10,630 nucleotides of DNA from UHGV virus genome UHGV-1746214; one strand, given 5' to 3'. A model generated the notes under the pieces. That model saw only the letters and a program-made list of their open reading frames with translations, ran no database searches and had not been told where the DNA came from. Both the position numbers and the translations under genes were made by a program. Positions within the stretch are counted from its first letter, which is position 1. Each line of letters begins with the position of its first letter. This document shows, piece after piece, positions 1-8,063 of the stretch. The stretch comes from a virus.

Positions 1-15
1 ACGCTCTTCCGATCT
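1..15. other. Illumina adapter remnant (ACGCTCTTCCGATCT)
   Basis: Matches the 3' end of the TruSeq universal adapter as I recall it; the window's last 11 nt are the start of its reverse complement. Confidence 0.85.
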
Positions 16-51
16 CCCGCCAGCGGCGGGTGGGTAAAATCATTAACGACC

Positions 52-396
52 TCAGGCTATTACCTGAAATTCAAGCGTGGCTCTGCTCAGACGGGAATCA
101 GGATCATAACCCTGAGTTTTAGAAATAACGGAGGGTGCAAGTTGCCTTACCGCATCAAGCGCCTGCTCACGGATATCATCTGCGTCATCAGGTACTGTTG
201 CCCAGACATCGATCTGCACGGTAATTCTGGATTCAGCCTGACCATCAAGCACATCAGACGCAGTGTCAGACACCACAGAAAATACCAGCCATGGCGGAGA
301 TACCGCAGGCTTTCCCTCCGTCAGCGGGACCACATAAGGATAAACCTGTCCTCCGGCCAGTTGAGACAGCAGGGAATACAGTGTGGTCTCTCTCAT
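52..396 (-). CDS. Phage morphogenesis protein, DUF3168-like (tail completion/terminator candidate)
   Basis: 114-aa ORF, last gene of the head-tail joining cluster; start overlaps the upstream gene's stop (ATGA); N-terminal pattern resembles the DUF3168 family from memory. Confidence 0.55.
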   Translation of the reverse strand: MRETTLYSLLSQLAGGQVYPYVVPLTEGKPAVSPPWLVFSVVSDTASDVLDGQAESRITVQIDVWATVPDDADDIREQALDAVRQLAPSVISKTQGYDPDSRLSRATLEFQVIA

Positions 397-839
397 TTAC
401 TTAAGACCTCATCAATAGCCTGATTCATTCGCTGTATGGCAATCTGTGCTGCCAGTTCCTCTGTCGTATCGAAAGCCGGGCGAATGAACGGATGCGCGGG
501 CATGTTTATCGTTCCCAGCTCCACAAAGCGCCAGTAAAACGCATTTCGGGGATCGCTGGCTTTCATGCTGTTATCACTGTTTCCGGTTCGCAGGTTCCGT
601 CCACGAATGTGGACACCCGAGATAATTTCCCCCCGACGCTTTGAACGCTGAGTGAGAACAACCACATTTTTCTTCAGTTTCCCGGTTCGCTCCGGCGCAC
701 GTTCAACAACTGCATCCCGCATAACTTCAGCACCGGCACGGGTGGCATCGCGCAGTACCTTATTGTTTTCTGCCCTGCTGAGCGTCTCCAGATCCCGTGC
801 AATATCCGCCAGACCTGAAAAATCAAGACTGAAATCCAT
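393..839 (-). CDS. HK97 gp10-family head-tail joining protein
   Basis: 148-aa ORF (ATG at 839; the ORF track starts one codon earlier at GTG 842); N-terminus MDFSLDFSGLADIARDLETL is typical of the gp10 family; position downstream of the head-tail adaptor. Confidence 0.6.
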   Translation of the reverse strand: MDFSLDFSGLADIARDLETLSRAENNKVLRDATRAGAEVMRDAVVERAPERTGKLKKNVVVLTQRSKRRGEIISGVHIRGRNLRTGNSDNSMKASDPRNAFYWRFVELGTINMPAHPFIRPAFDTTEELAAQIAIQRMNQAIDEVLSK

Positions 840-1177
840 CACACATTCCCCTTCTGAGAACAGAGTATCTCAAGCCGGGTGGCACGAGCATCCGGTATCG
901 GCGGACCGTCTATACTCAGAATCGCGCCTTTGAATGCACCAGTCAGCACTTTCAGACATGAAGTTGCTGTCACATCTCGCCGGAATCTCATCCAGACCCT
1001 CACTGTAGCCTGAGCAGTTTCTGCGCCTCCGGATATTCTCTCCCTGCCACTGATCCCCTTAACTTCTGCCCATATGGTTGCCCCCTCCGTCATTATTTCC
1101 ACAGGGTGCCCTGACGGAGACCGAACGGTGGTGGCATTCAGAATAACCACGCGATCACGTAATCTTCCTGCCTGCAT
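839..1177 (-). CDS. Head-tail adaptor / head closure protein (Phage_H_T_join-like)
   Basis: 112-aa ORF beginning MQAGRLRDRVVIL, resembling the conserved N-terminus of head-tail joining proteins; synteny after the gp6-like connector. Confidence 0.65.
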   Translation of the reverse strand: MQAGRLRDRVVILNATTVRSPSGHPVEIMTEGATIWAEVKGISGRERISGGAETAQATVRVWMRFRRDVTATSCLKVLTGAFKGAILSIDGPPIPDARATRLEILCSQKGNV

Positions 1178-1186
1178 GAAATCCTC

Positions 1187-1492
1187 CTATGTTCCGGGAT
1201 GAAACCGATACATTCGGAGTCCGGTATAGAAAAAATCAGGCACAGCATCCTGCATTTCCCTGTTCTCGTACCAGTAGCCAACCAGTTGCATAAGACGCAG
1301 CTTTATCAGCGGTGTTATTACAAGCCCGGTCGTATCCTGCTCAGGAACAGTTTCATCGTGAAGTGTCCGGTTTAAAAACTTTTCAGCCTCTTCCCTGGCA
1401 GCAGCCAGATACATCATAAGAAGAGCATTCTCCTGTTCATTGTCATCATCAATCCGGCACTGAACACGAAGCTCTTCCAGAGTGGGCATCAT
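1187..1492 (-). CDS. gp6-like head-tail connector protein
   Basis: 101-aa ORF; size and position two genes after the major capsid gene; start overlaps the upstream stop (ATGA). Confidence 0.6.
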   Translation of the reverse strand: MMPTLEELRVQCRIDDDNEQENALLMMYLAAAREEAEKFLNRTLHDETVPEQDTTGLVITPLIKLRLMQLVGYWYENREMQDAVPDFFYTGLRMYRFHPGT

Positions 1493-1692
1493 TTGGGCAA
1501 CCTCTGTGAATGCTGTTTTTTAGACTTATCAGCCCCCCGCGCAACAGGTGTTCTCTTATCAGAGACAATTCCAGCTGCAGTGGCAATTTCGCGTACCCGT
1601 TCGGGTAATTCTTTATCTTCATACTCACCGGCCCGAATGATCTCAACACGCATACCGTCCGGTGACCATTTCAGATCTTGTTTCAGGATCAT
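1489..1692 (-). CDS. Hypothetical small phage protein (67 aa)
   Basis: ORF with an AGGTGA Shine-Dalgarno about 8 nt upstream of the ATG; sits between the capsid gene hairpin and the connector gene; no recognisable motif. Confidence 0.4.
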   Translation of the reverse strand: MILKQDLKWSPDGMRVEIIRAGEYEDKELPERVREIATAAGIVSDKRTPVARGADKSKKQHSQRLPK

Positions 1693-1714
1693 GATTCTTT
1701 CACCTGTCAGAACA

Positions 1715-1734
1715 GGGGCGCACTTCTGCGCCCC
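1715..1734 (-). terminator. Stem-loop just downstream of the major capsid gene (attenuator/terminator candidate)
   Basis: Perfect 8-bp GC-rich stem (GGGGCGCA / TGCGCCCC) with a 4-nt loop, 8 nt after the capsid stop codon on the minus strand; the downstream U-tract is weak. Confidence 0.35.
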
Positions 1735-1742
1735 CTGAATGA

Positions 1743-2948
1743 TTACGCCGCTGCAATCTTCAGCAGTTTGATGGCCTGCGAATCGACCAGCATGCCGCCA
1801 GTGCGCTTGGTGGTATAAAAACCGACAAACGGTTTATTGGTGTACGGGTCACGCAGAATGCGGGTACCGATACGGTCAACGATGGTGTAACCCCGTTTGA
1901 AGTTACCAAATGCAATGGCTTTCGCATCAGCGGCAATATCCGGCATCTGTTCGTTTTCAGCGATACCGTAACCCGCCAGAGAGGACGGCTGCCCCAGCTC
2001 CAGCCCCGGACGCCACAGATAGTTACCCTCGGTGTCTTTCAGCAGACGAATGGCAAACAGGCTGTTGTTGTTCATCATGAACTTCGCGCCAGTGCGGTGT
2101 GCCTTACGCAGCGTGTAAATCAGTTTGATAATGGCGTCTGCGGTCACCGCAGTCGCTTCGCCGGATACAATATGCTGAAGTTTGCCGAACGCCCGGACCT
2201 TGTCGTTTTCATCAGTGGACTCATACGCCAGGAACCCTTTCGGCTTCTTGGTACCATCGCCGGTGGTAAAGGCAATTTCTTCCTGTTCGGCAAATTCGGT
2301 TGCCAGCTCGCTGTTGATCCAGGCCTCCACGTTGAAAAAGGCATCATCCAGCATTTTCTGGGTGGCCTGCGGGTTACCGTAGATTTCCCCCATGAAAGGT
2401 TCAATCAGCCCCAGTTTTGAGGTGGCAGTCTGGGAGCGCGCGTCAGTCTCGCCAACCCATCCGGAAGCCGTGCCGCCCAGATTCACCAGTTTTTTGTAGT
2501 CGGAACCGCCAACGGTGATCACCGTGGCTTCCTGGCGCATCACCACTTCATCTTTCAGCAGGGTCAGAATGTTGCGATCCAGCGCTTCCGGCACGGCATA
2601 GCCGCCGTCTTCATCGGTGCCCACCTGTAATGCCTTGCGCTCCAGATCGCGCAGCCCATCTTCACGGCCTTTACGCAGGAAGCCCACAAACGCTTCTTTA
2701 TGCTCGGTGGCCAGTTTATTTTGCGTACCACCTGCCGGACGTTTCAGCTCAATCAGCTCTTTTTCAAGGTCGCTTTTGAGATTTTCCAGCTCGCTGAGTT
2801 TTCCGTTCAGGGTTTCCACCTGCCCGGCAAGTTTGCCTTTTTCCTGCTCAATCGCCTCAACGCGCTTGTCGTTCTTTGCTTTGAAGTCGTCAAACTTCTG
2901 CTGCAGCTCCTGCGCGACCTGTTCGACATCTTTAATATCTACCGCCAT
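1743..2948 (-). CDS. Major capsid protein, HK97 family
   Basis: 401-aa ORF directly downstream of the prohead protease; N-terminal roughly 100 aa is a charged coiled-coil like the HK97 delta domain; AGGAG Shine-Dalgarno 7 nt upstream. Confidence 0.9.
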   Translation of the reverse strand: MAVDIKDVEQVAQELQQKFDDFKAKNDKRVEAIEQEKGKLAGQVETLNGKLSELENLKSDLEKELIELKRPAGGTQNKLATEHKEAFVGFLRKGREDGLRDLERKALQVGTDEDGGYAVPEALDRNILTLLKDEVVMRQEATVITVGGSDYKKLVNLGGTASGWVGETDARSQTATSKLGLIEPFMGEIYGNPQATQKMLDDAFFNVEAWINSELATEFAEQEEIAFTTGDGTKKPKGFLAYESTDENDKVRAFGKLQHIVSGEATAVTADAIIKLIYTLRKAHRTGAKFMMNNNSLFAIRLLKDTEGNYLWRPGLELGQPSSLAGYGIAENEQMPDIAADAKAIAFGNFKRGYTIVDRIGTRILRDPYTNKPFVGFYTTKRTGGMLVDSQAIKLLKIAAA

Positions 2949-2962
2949 CGTATTTCTCCTGA

Positions 2963-3613
2963 TTAGAAGTTCAGATTTTTCAGTGCATTCAGTGCAAAGC
3001 CCACATCCTCAGCGTCGCGCAGGGACAGTGCGCCATAGCCCCCGGCCATGAATGCTTTGGCCTGGGTACGGGAGAGTCCGACATCACGCAGGACTCTTTC
3101 GATTTTTTTCTGTTCGGGGATTTCCCCGCGGGCCAGTGCGTTCTTGACGTCGCTGATCCGCGCCTCGTCGTTAGACGGGAATGTCACCAGACTGACTTCC
3201 CAGAGGTCGATTTCTTTCAGCAGAAAGGCTTCTTTCGTCCGGTCGTATTCCCAGTCCTTCAGGACGTACCCAATAGAAAGGCCGGTTAACGAACCGGCCT
3301 TCATGTGTGCATGTGCGCGTTTTGCCAGGGGATCATCATCAATGAGCAACCGCCCCCTGACGTAAAGCCCGACATCGTCTTCCTTCATTTCGGTGTAAAC
3401 ACCGATGGGCTCATCCATGCGGTGCTGCCAGAGCAGCGCAGGTAACGCTTTTCTGTCACTCCACGCCCGCAGGGAAGTGGCAAATGCCCCGGACATCACC
3501 ACATCATCGTGGCTGTCCTTTACACCAAAGACGGAGCCATACCCTTCAAACTCACCGGAGTCACTGACAGATTTCAGACTCAGCGGTACATCAAGACGTT
3601 GTTTCGTCTGCAT
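2963..3613 (-). CDS. Prohead protease, HK97 family
   Basis: ORF between portal and capsid genes; start placed at the internal ATG at 3613 (good AAGGA Shine-Dalgarno) rather than the track's 3649 (no Shine-Dalgarno); overlaps the portal 3' end. Confidence 0.85.
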   Translation of the reverse strand: MQTKQRLDVPLSLKSVSDSGEFEGYGSVFGVKDSHDDVVMSGAFATSLRAWSDRKALPALLWQHRMDEPIGVYTEMKEDDVGLYVRGRLLIDDDPLAKRAHAHMKAGSLTGLSIGYVLKDWEYDRTKEAFLLKEIDLWEVSLVTFPSNDEARISDVKNALARGEIPEQKKIERVLRDVGLSRTQAKAFMAGGYGALSLRDAEDVGFALNALKNLNF

Positions 3614-4832
3614 TGGCGTTATCCTTCTGCTTACCGGCTTTACTGCCATCGGAGGGTTTCGTGGTCATGTTCATCGGTGTGAGATAGACATCACCACCGG
3701 GACGCGGATTCATATCTTCCAGGTCGCGGCAGTCATTGGGAGAGTAAATTCCCCAGTTGATCCCGGTGGCGTAGGCTTCAAAACGGGACTTCATATCCCC
3801 GCGCAGTAACGCCCCGGCGTTAAATTTGGCGTAATAAGCGCCCTGCTTACTTTTTCGTACCAGTCCGGTGTTGATCCGCTGTTCGATGCGGGTCAGATAC
3901 GGCACCAGTGAATAGTTGATAAATCCCAGCCCCAGCTCTTCGATATTGTTGAAGGTGGCGCGATCGGTGTTCTGCACCATGTGCAATGGCACCCGGAACA
4001 GACGACAGATTTCTTCAAGCTGAAACTTGCGGGTTTCCAGGAACTGGCTGTCCTCGGCGTTCAGCGCCATCGACTTCCAGTCCAGCCCCATCTCAAGGAT
4101 CATCGGGCGGTGAGCATTACCAAGCCCGGTATGACGCTCCTCAAAATCTTTCTTCAGACGCTCATAAGCCTGATCCGACAGCGTCTGCTCTGTACGCAAC
4201 ACACCGGACGTCACCGCACCATTGCTGAACAGTCTGGCCCCGTGCTCTTCGGTCGCAGCTGCCAGCGATATTGCCTCGCGGGCATAGGCGACGGGATTCA
4301 GTCCCACCAGACCGTCCAGCGTCAGCGTGCGTACATGCCAGATATCCTCCTGGCTCAGTACATCCGTGGAACCGTCCGGGAATGTGACCTGATAGACCGG
4401 CTCCCAGCTACTGTTAAGCTTCGGTACCACACAGCCGGGATCGACGGGCAGCAGTTCAGCCACTTCGCCAAATGCTTTCACTTTGTAGGCGTAAAAGTTT
4501 CCCCGCAGGCACAGACAGGTGACCACCAGCTCCCAGAACTCCTGCGGCGTCATATAGCCATTGGGATGCGTGGAGATCAGCTTATGCAGACGTTCGCCGG
4601 TGGCTCTCTGTTTCAGGTTGCCGTTCAGGTGATACAGATTGCAGGGCAACATCCCGACCGACTCTGCCAGCACCCTGACGCAGGAAAAAACCGCCGTCAG
4701 TCGCATGGCCCGCTGGCTGCTGATCTGCTTTCCGGTATAGGTGTCATATGACAGCCCGATAGCATCCGCCAGCTCTGCTGGCGTGGTCACCGGCGCGTCA
4801 CTTTTTCGTTGAAATAATCCCGAAAAGAACAC
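3591..4832 (-). CDS. Portal protein, HK97 family
   Basis: 413-aa ORF immediately downstream of the terminase region; GTG start preceded by GGAGGT at 6-nt spacing; size and position match HK97-type portals. Confidence 0.9.
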   Translation of the reverse strand: MFFSGLFQRKSDAPVTTPAELADAIGLSYDTYTGKQISSQRAMRLTAVFSCVRVLAESVGMLPCNLYHLNGNLKQRATGERLHKLISTHPNGYMTPQEFWELVVTCLCLRGNFYAYKVKAFGEVAELLPVDPGCVVPKLNSSWEPVYQVTFPDGSTDVLSQEDIWHVRTLTLDGLVGLNPVAYAREAISLAAATEEHGARLFSNGAVTSGVLRTEQTLSDQAYERLKKDFEERHTGLGNAHRPMILEMGLDWKSMALNAEDSQFLETRKFQLEEICRLFRVPLHMVQNTDRATFNNIEELGLGFINYSLVPYLTRIEQRINTGLVRKSKQGAYYAKFNAGALLRGDMKSRFEAYATGINWGIYSPNDCRDLEDMNPRPGGDVYLTPMNMTTKPSDGSKAGKQKDNANADETTS

Positions 4833-5014
4833 TATTTACCTCCGCCGACAGACGGCTGTGTACGGTCGAGATATCGCGCCACCAGCCACGACCAGAACAG
4901 GCACAGCACCCCGGCAACAACAAAACCCGCCGGGGGATAAATCAGCCAGACACCATACGCCAGCAAAAACGCCCCCAGCACGCCCACCAGTGGCGCGAGA
5001 ATTATCAGAAACAT
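4832..5014 (-). CDS. Small membrane protein (60 aa, two predicted transmembrane helices)
   Basis: ORF with a GAGGT Shine-Dalgarno, wedged between the terminase large subunit stop and the portal start (its TAG overlaps the portal GTG); two strongly hydrophobic segments. Confidence 0.5.
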   Translation of the reverse strand: MFLIILAPLVGVLGAFLLAYGVWLIYPPAGFVVAGVLCLFWSWLVARYLDRTQPSVGGGK

Positions 5015-5025
5015 AATGACCTCGG

Positions 5026-6561
5026 TTAAAGCGAGCGGATGCCCACGCTGACCAGACGTTCAGACAGATCCGGCTCCGGTTCACCACCATTGACCAGCAT
5101 CCGGCTCATTGCTGTAAACATCGCAACAGGGCCGTCGATTTTGGCTTCCAGCGTGGATTTATTCGGGAAGATATTGTCGTTTTTGTCCGGTTTTACCGTA
5201 ACGTTAGACATCATCCAGTTCATGACCGGATGATTGCTGTGATGGAAACGCCCGGCATAGACCAGTGATTCCGTTTCCTTCATGGCCTCTGACAGATTAC
5301 GAACCGTCTGCGGAACCTCCACCAGCGGTATCCCTTCTTCGGCCAGTGCCAGGCTGAACTGCATCGCGCTCCACGGGTCAAATCCCAGTTCCCTGAGGTT
5401 TTCACCACCAATCCATTCCAGTAAGTCACTTTTTATCTGAGCATGATCGATAACATCACCATCCGTCAGAATCAGCTTCTCCATTTCTGCCCACTTCCGG
5501 TAAAGTTCTGCCTGCTGCCGCGAGCATCGTTCCAGCCGTCCTTCCGGAAGCCAGAATTTAAAATCGGCATGAACATGCCCGTTATCCGTTCGCCAGAGTT
5601 TTGCCGCCGCACAGATATCAATCTTATGAGCAAGGTCGACGCCGACCCACATGGGGTACGTTTTCAGCTCATGTCGTGGGGCAATGTATTCGCACTTCTC
5701 CCACTTAATCATGTCCATCCAGGCAGACTCTGCTGTTACCCACACATTCATGTGTTTCGTGAAAAAATTCACCCGCGCAGAGACCTGCTCCTTCGCTTTT
5801 TTCGCCAGGCGACGCAGATCATCCCAGCGTTTACAGATGCCCAGGCCAGGATTCGCTTTCTGCCAGACCGTTTCATCAAACGGATCATCTCCCTCATCGA
5901 GCGTGTAAATGATCGCAAAGTAGGAGTCGTCTTTTACCGCGCCCTCCACGTCGCTGTTATAGCCACGCAATACCTTGATGGCGTAATCACGCTGCTCGTA
6001 ACAAATCCCTTCCTTGTTAAACCCTGCCGTGGTGATACCAAATAAAAGGGACTGCAGACGGGCACCGGTCGCCGTTTCCAGAACGTCCCACACATCACGG
6101 GTTTTATGTGCATGCAGCTCATCAATAATGGCGCAGTGGATGTTCAGACCATCCAGGTTGTTTGCATCCGAGGAAAGCGGTTCAAATTTTGATGCGCTCT
6201 GCTCCTGGTAAATCGCCAGCTTGTTGAAATCAAACAATCTCCCGAGTGTCGACCGGGCTTTTCTGACCATATTTTTAGCGTCTTCAAACACGATTCTGGC
6301 CTGGTCACGCGTGGTTGCGGCTGAATACACCTCAGCCCCGCCTTCACCATCTGCCCCCGTCATATACAGACCGATACCCGATGACAGGGTTGATTTTGCG
6401 TTTTTACGGGCAACTTCGTTGTAGGCCGTCCGGAACCGGCGCACCATCACCGGGCGTCCGCTGCCATCGCTGCGCATGACAACTTCCCCGGTCTCTTCAT
6501 TGACCAGCGGAATGACAAAACCAAAAATATTAATGAGGATAAATACATGCCAGTCCATCAA
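5026..6561 (-). CDS. Terminase large subunit (Terminase_1-like), main 511-codon portion downstream of an in-frame amber codon
   Basis: Contains a P-loop-like VARKNAKST segment and a Walker-B-like [11 protein letters not shown]; located between the small terminase subunit and portal; the same frame continues upstream through a TAG at 6571-6573 into the 70-codon N-terminal piece. Confidence 0.9.
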   Translation of the reverse strand: MMDWHVFILINIFGFVIPLVNEETGEVVMRSDGSGRPVMVRRFRTAYNEVARKNAKSTLSSGIGLYMTGADGEGGAEVYSAATTRDQARIVFEDAKNMVRKARSTLGRLFDFNKLAIYQEQSASKFEPLSSDANNLDGLNIHCAIIDELHAHKTRDVWDVLETATGARLQSLLFGITTAGFNKEGICYEQRDYAIKVLRGYNSDVEGAVKDDSYFAIIYTLDEGDDPFDETVWQKANPGLGICKRWDDLRRLAKKAKEQVSARVNFFTKHMNVWVTAESAWMDMIKWEKCEYIAPRHELKTYPMWVGVDLAHKIDICAAAKLWRTDNGHVHADFKFWLPEGRLERCSRQQAELYRKWAEMEKLILTDGDVIDHAQIKSDLLEWIGGENLRELGFDPWSAMQFSLALAEEGIPLVEVPQTVRNLSEAMKETESLVYAGRFHHSNHPVMNWMMSNVTVKPDKNDNIFPNKSTLEAKIDGPVAMFTAMSRMLVNGGEPEPDLSERLVSVGIRSL

Positions 6562-6570
6562 CTCAATAGG

Positions 6571-6783
6571 CTAGCCTGCCAGCGCCCCTTTTACATGAGG
6601 CACAAATTTGTAGAAATTCAGGATGTGCTGCGCACGGGGTTCACTGAAATAAATCCCCCGCTTCTCGCCGTACTTCAGATCATCAAGAAAACGCTGGCAG
6701 GCCAGACGGACAAATTCGCCAGCAACAATTTCTCCTGCAACAACACGTTCGGCGTAGCGGATCCCGTCAGCCACTTTTGCCAT
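6571..6783 (-). CDS. Terminase large subunit N-terminal fragment (70 codons ending at in-frame TAG)
   Basis: ATG overlaps the small-subunit stop (ATGA); the LACQRFLDDL and PHVKGALAG segments resemble N-termini of large terminase subunits from memory; in frame with 5026..6561. Confidence 0.7.
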   Translation of the reverse strand: MAKVADGIRYAERVVAGEIVAGEFVRLACQRFLDDLKYGEKRGIYFSEPRAQHILNFYKFVPHVKGALAG

Positions 6784-7265
6784 CAGTCTCTCGCTTTTAA
6801 AAGCTCCGCCAGCGGATCGACATCATCCGGTCCGGCGATATTTACTTTAGCCCGGCTTGCCGGTGACATGCCAAACTCTGCAAGCATTGCCCGGATCCGC
6901 TTCCAGGCATCCGCTTTCATTGCCGCCGCGGGGTGCGCCTTAATCAGCACATCACCGTTCTGTGTTTTCGTGCGGTAGGTATACCCCTCAACATCGAGTG
7001 TTTCGCAGTGATGCCGGTATTCGGTGTAGGCTTCCACCAGTAACTCGAGTGCACGCGCATCAAGCTGAGAAATGATCCCTTCCGCATTCAGCTCTTCCGC
7101 CATTCGCCTGAACCAGTACTTCCCCTGCGCCCCTAAATGTTGCGGAATTTTAGGGAGACCTTTTTCATCCTTTTTGGCGGTTTTTTTGGGGGCTTTAACT
7201 GGGCGCTTTGAGGGGTTACCTCGTATCAAATGCAGGCGTGGCGGGGTTTTCGGAGGTCCTGACAT
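6783..7265 (-). CDS. Terminase small subunit (P27 family-like)
   Basis: 160-aa ORF with a Lys/Pro-rich N-terminus and a C-terminal EFGMSPASRAK motif typical of P27-family small terminases; immediately upstream of and overlapping the large subunit. Confidence 0.85.
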   Translation of the reverse strand: MSGPPKTPPRLHLIRGNPSKRPVKAPKKTAKKDEKGLPKIPQHLGAQGKYWFRRMAEELNAEGIISQLDARALELLVEAYTEYRHHCETLDVEGYTYRTKTQNGDVLIKAHPAAAMKADAWKRIRAMLAEFGMSPASRAKVNIAGPDDVDPLAELLKARD

Positions 7266-7329
7266 AATCGGTTTTACCTATCAATAGTTTGTTAACATTC
7301 CCAAAAAAAGTTTTCGAACCTGCGGCGAT

Positions 7330-7405
7330 GTGAGGAAGGGTCAGGCGGCGGTCCTGAAGCGCGAAAGGGGTCAGGGATTTGATCCCCCCTCCCCCCTGAA
7401 GATGG
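7330..7405. other. Candidate cos / packaging-site region (GC-rich motif cluster)
   Basis: Intergenic region upstream of the small terminase gene; GGCGGCGGTCCT at 7344-7355 resembles the lambda cosN core as I recall it; CCTGAAG is repeated at 7353-7359 and 7395-7401, flanking an imperfect G-run/C-run palindrome. Confidence 0.25.
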
Positions 7406-7505
7406 CAGCAAGAAACCACGCAAAAAGAAGATACTGGTCATCCATCAGGATGCTCAGCATGATGTCTTCAGTTAATCTCAATAAATAAACGATGGAGTCT
7501 AATAA

Positions 7506-8021
7506 ATGGATAAAACCAGAAAATATGACAGAGCCTTACAACTTGAAATCCTCAACGCCCTTATAGATTGTGCTCCTAACTCTTTAAACAAGGCACAGGA
7601 ACAAGACCTCATTGAGAAGTTTGACAGCTATGATCACTTTGTGGCGTGCATGTTATACCTTGAAATGCATGGTCTCGTTTCTACACCCTTCGTACGCAGC
7701 GATACCATGGATGGCGTTGATTTTATCTTCAATGCCCCGTACTGCAACATTACAGAGAAAGGAATTGATTTTCTTCTTGATGATGGCGGCTTAAGTGCGA
7801 TCCTTAAAGTTCAAACCGTTCGGTTACACAGTGACACGATTGTTGCCCTTGAGGATATAATCCGTGTCGCAAATATACCTGAAGATCAGAAGAAGGGATT
7901 GATTTCAAAACTCCGAGAGCTTCCGGGAGACGCCATAAAACATTTGACCCTACAGTTACTGACTCAGGGGGTTCTGAATCTACCGAACGCACTTCGACTA
8001 ATTCAAACAACCCTCCAGTAG
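7506..8021 (+). CDS. Hypothetical protein (171 aa), moron-like accessory gene on the opposite strand
   Basis: Only convincing plus-strand ORF; GGAG Shine-Dalgarno 8 nt upstream of the ATG; visibly AT-rich compared with flanking phage genes (about 38% GC counted over its first 61 nt); followed by a hairpin; no recognised motif. Confidence 0.7.
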   Translation: MDKTRKYDRALQLEILNALIDCAPNSLNKAQEQDLIEKFDSYDHFVACMLYLEMHGLVSTPFVRSDTMDGVDFIFNAPYCNITEKGIDFLLDDGGLSAILKVQTVRLHSDTIVALEDIIRVANIPEDQKKGLISKLRELPGDAIKHLTLQLLTQGVLNLPNALRLIQTTLQ

Positions 8022-8037
8022 GGCTAAACTCATCTGA

Positions 8038-8063
8038 GGGGCGAATTAACTCAAATTTGCCCC
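8038..8063 (+). terminator. Hairpin downstream of the plus-strand ORF (possible intrinsic terminator)
   Basis: GGGGCGAA / TTTGCCCC stem (8 bp including one G-U pair) with a 10-nt loop, 17 nt after the TAG stop; a TTTTT run follows about 9 nt downstream. Confidence 0.4.

Noticed and set aside
1449-1649. 66-aa minus-strand ORF overlapping the 67-aa and connector genes in another frame
   Set aside because: Alternative-frame overlap with better-supported, translationally coupled genes.
4836-5090. 84-aa minus-strand ORF overlapping the terminase 3' end and the small membrane protein gene
   Set aside because: Alternative-frame overlap with no ribosome-binding site; the 60-aa two-helix ORF with a Shine-Dalgarno is the better model.
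142-6978. Numerous plus-strand ORFs of 60-256 aa (for example 142..423, 652..933, 2097..2420, 2617..3051, 3048..3365, 3405..3809, 3981..4751, 5443..6045, 6547..6978)
   Set aside because: All lie antisense to well-supported minus-strand phage genes, lack convincing ribosome-binding sites, and have low-complexity Ser/Arg/Cys-rich translations typical of shadow ORFs.
7266-7505. A sigma-70 promoter driving the plus-strand moron
   Set aside because: AT-rich candidates for a -10 element exist (for example GTTAAT near 7471 and TAAATA near 7483), but none has a properly spaced -35 partner, so no promoter is called.
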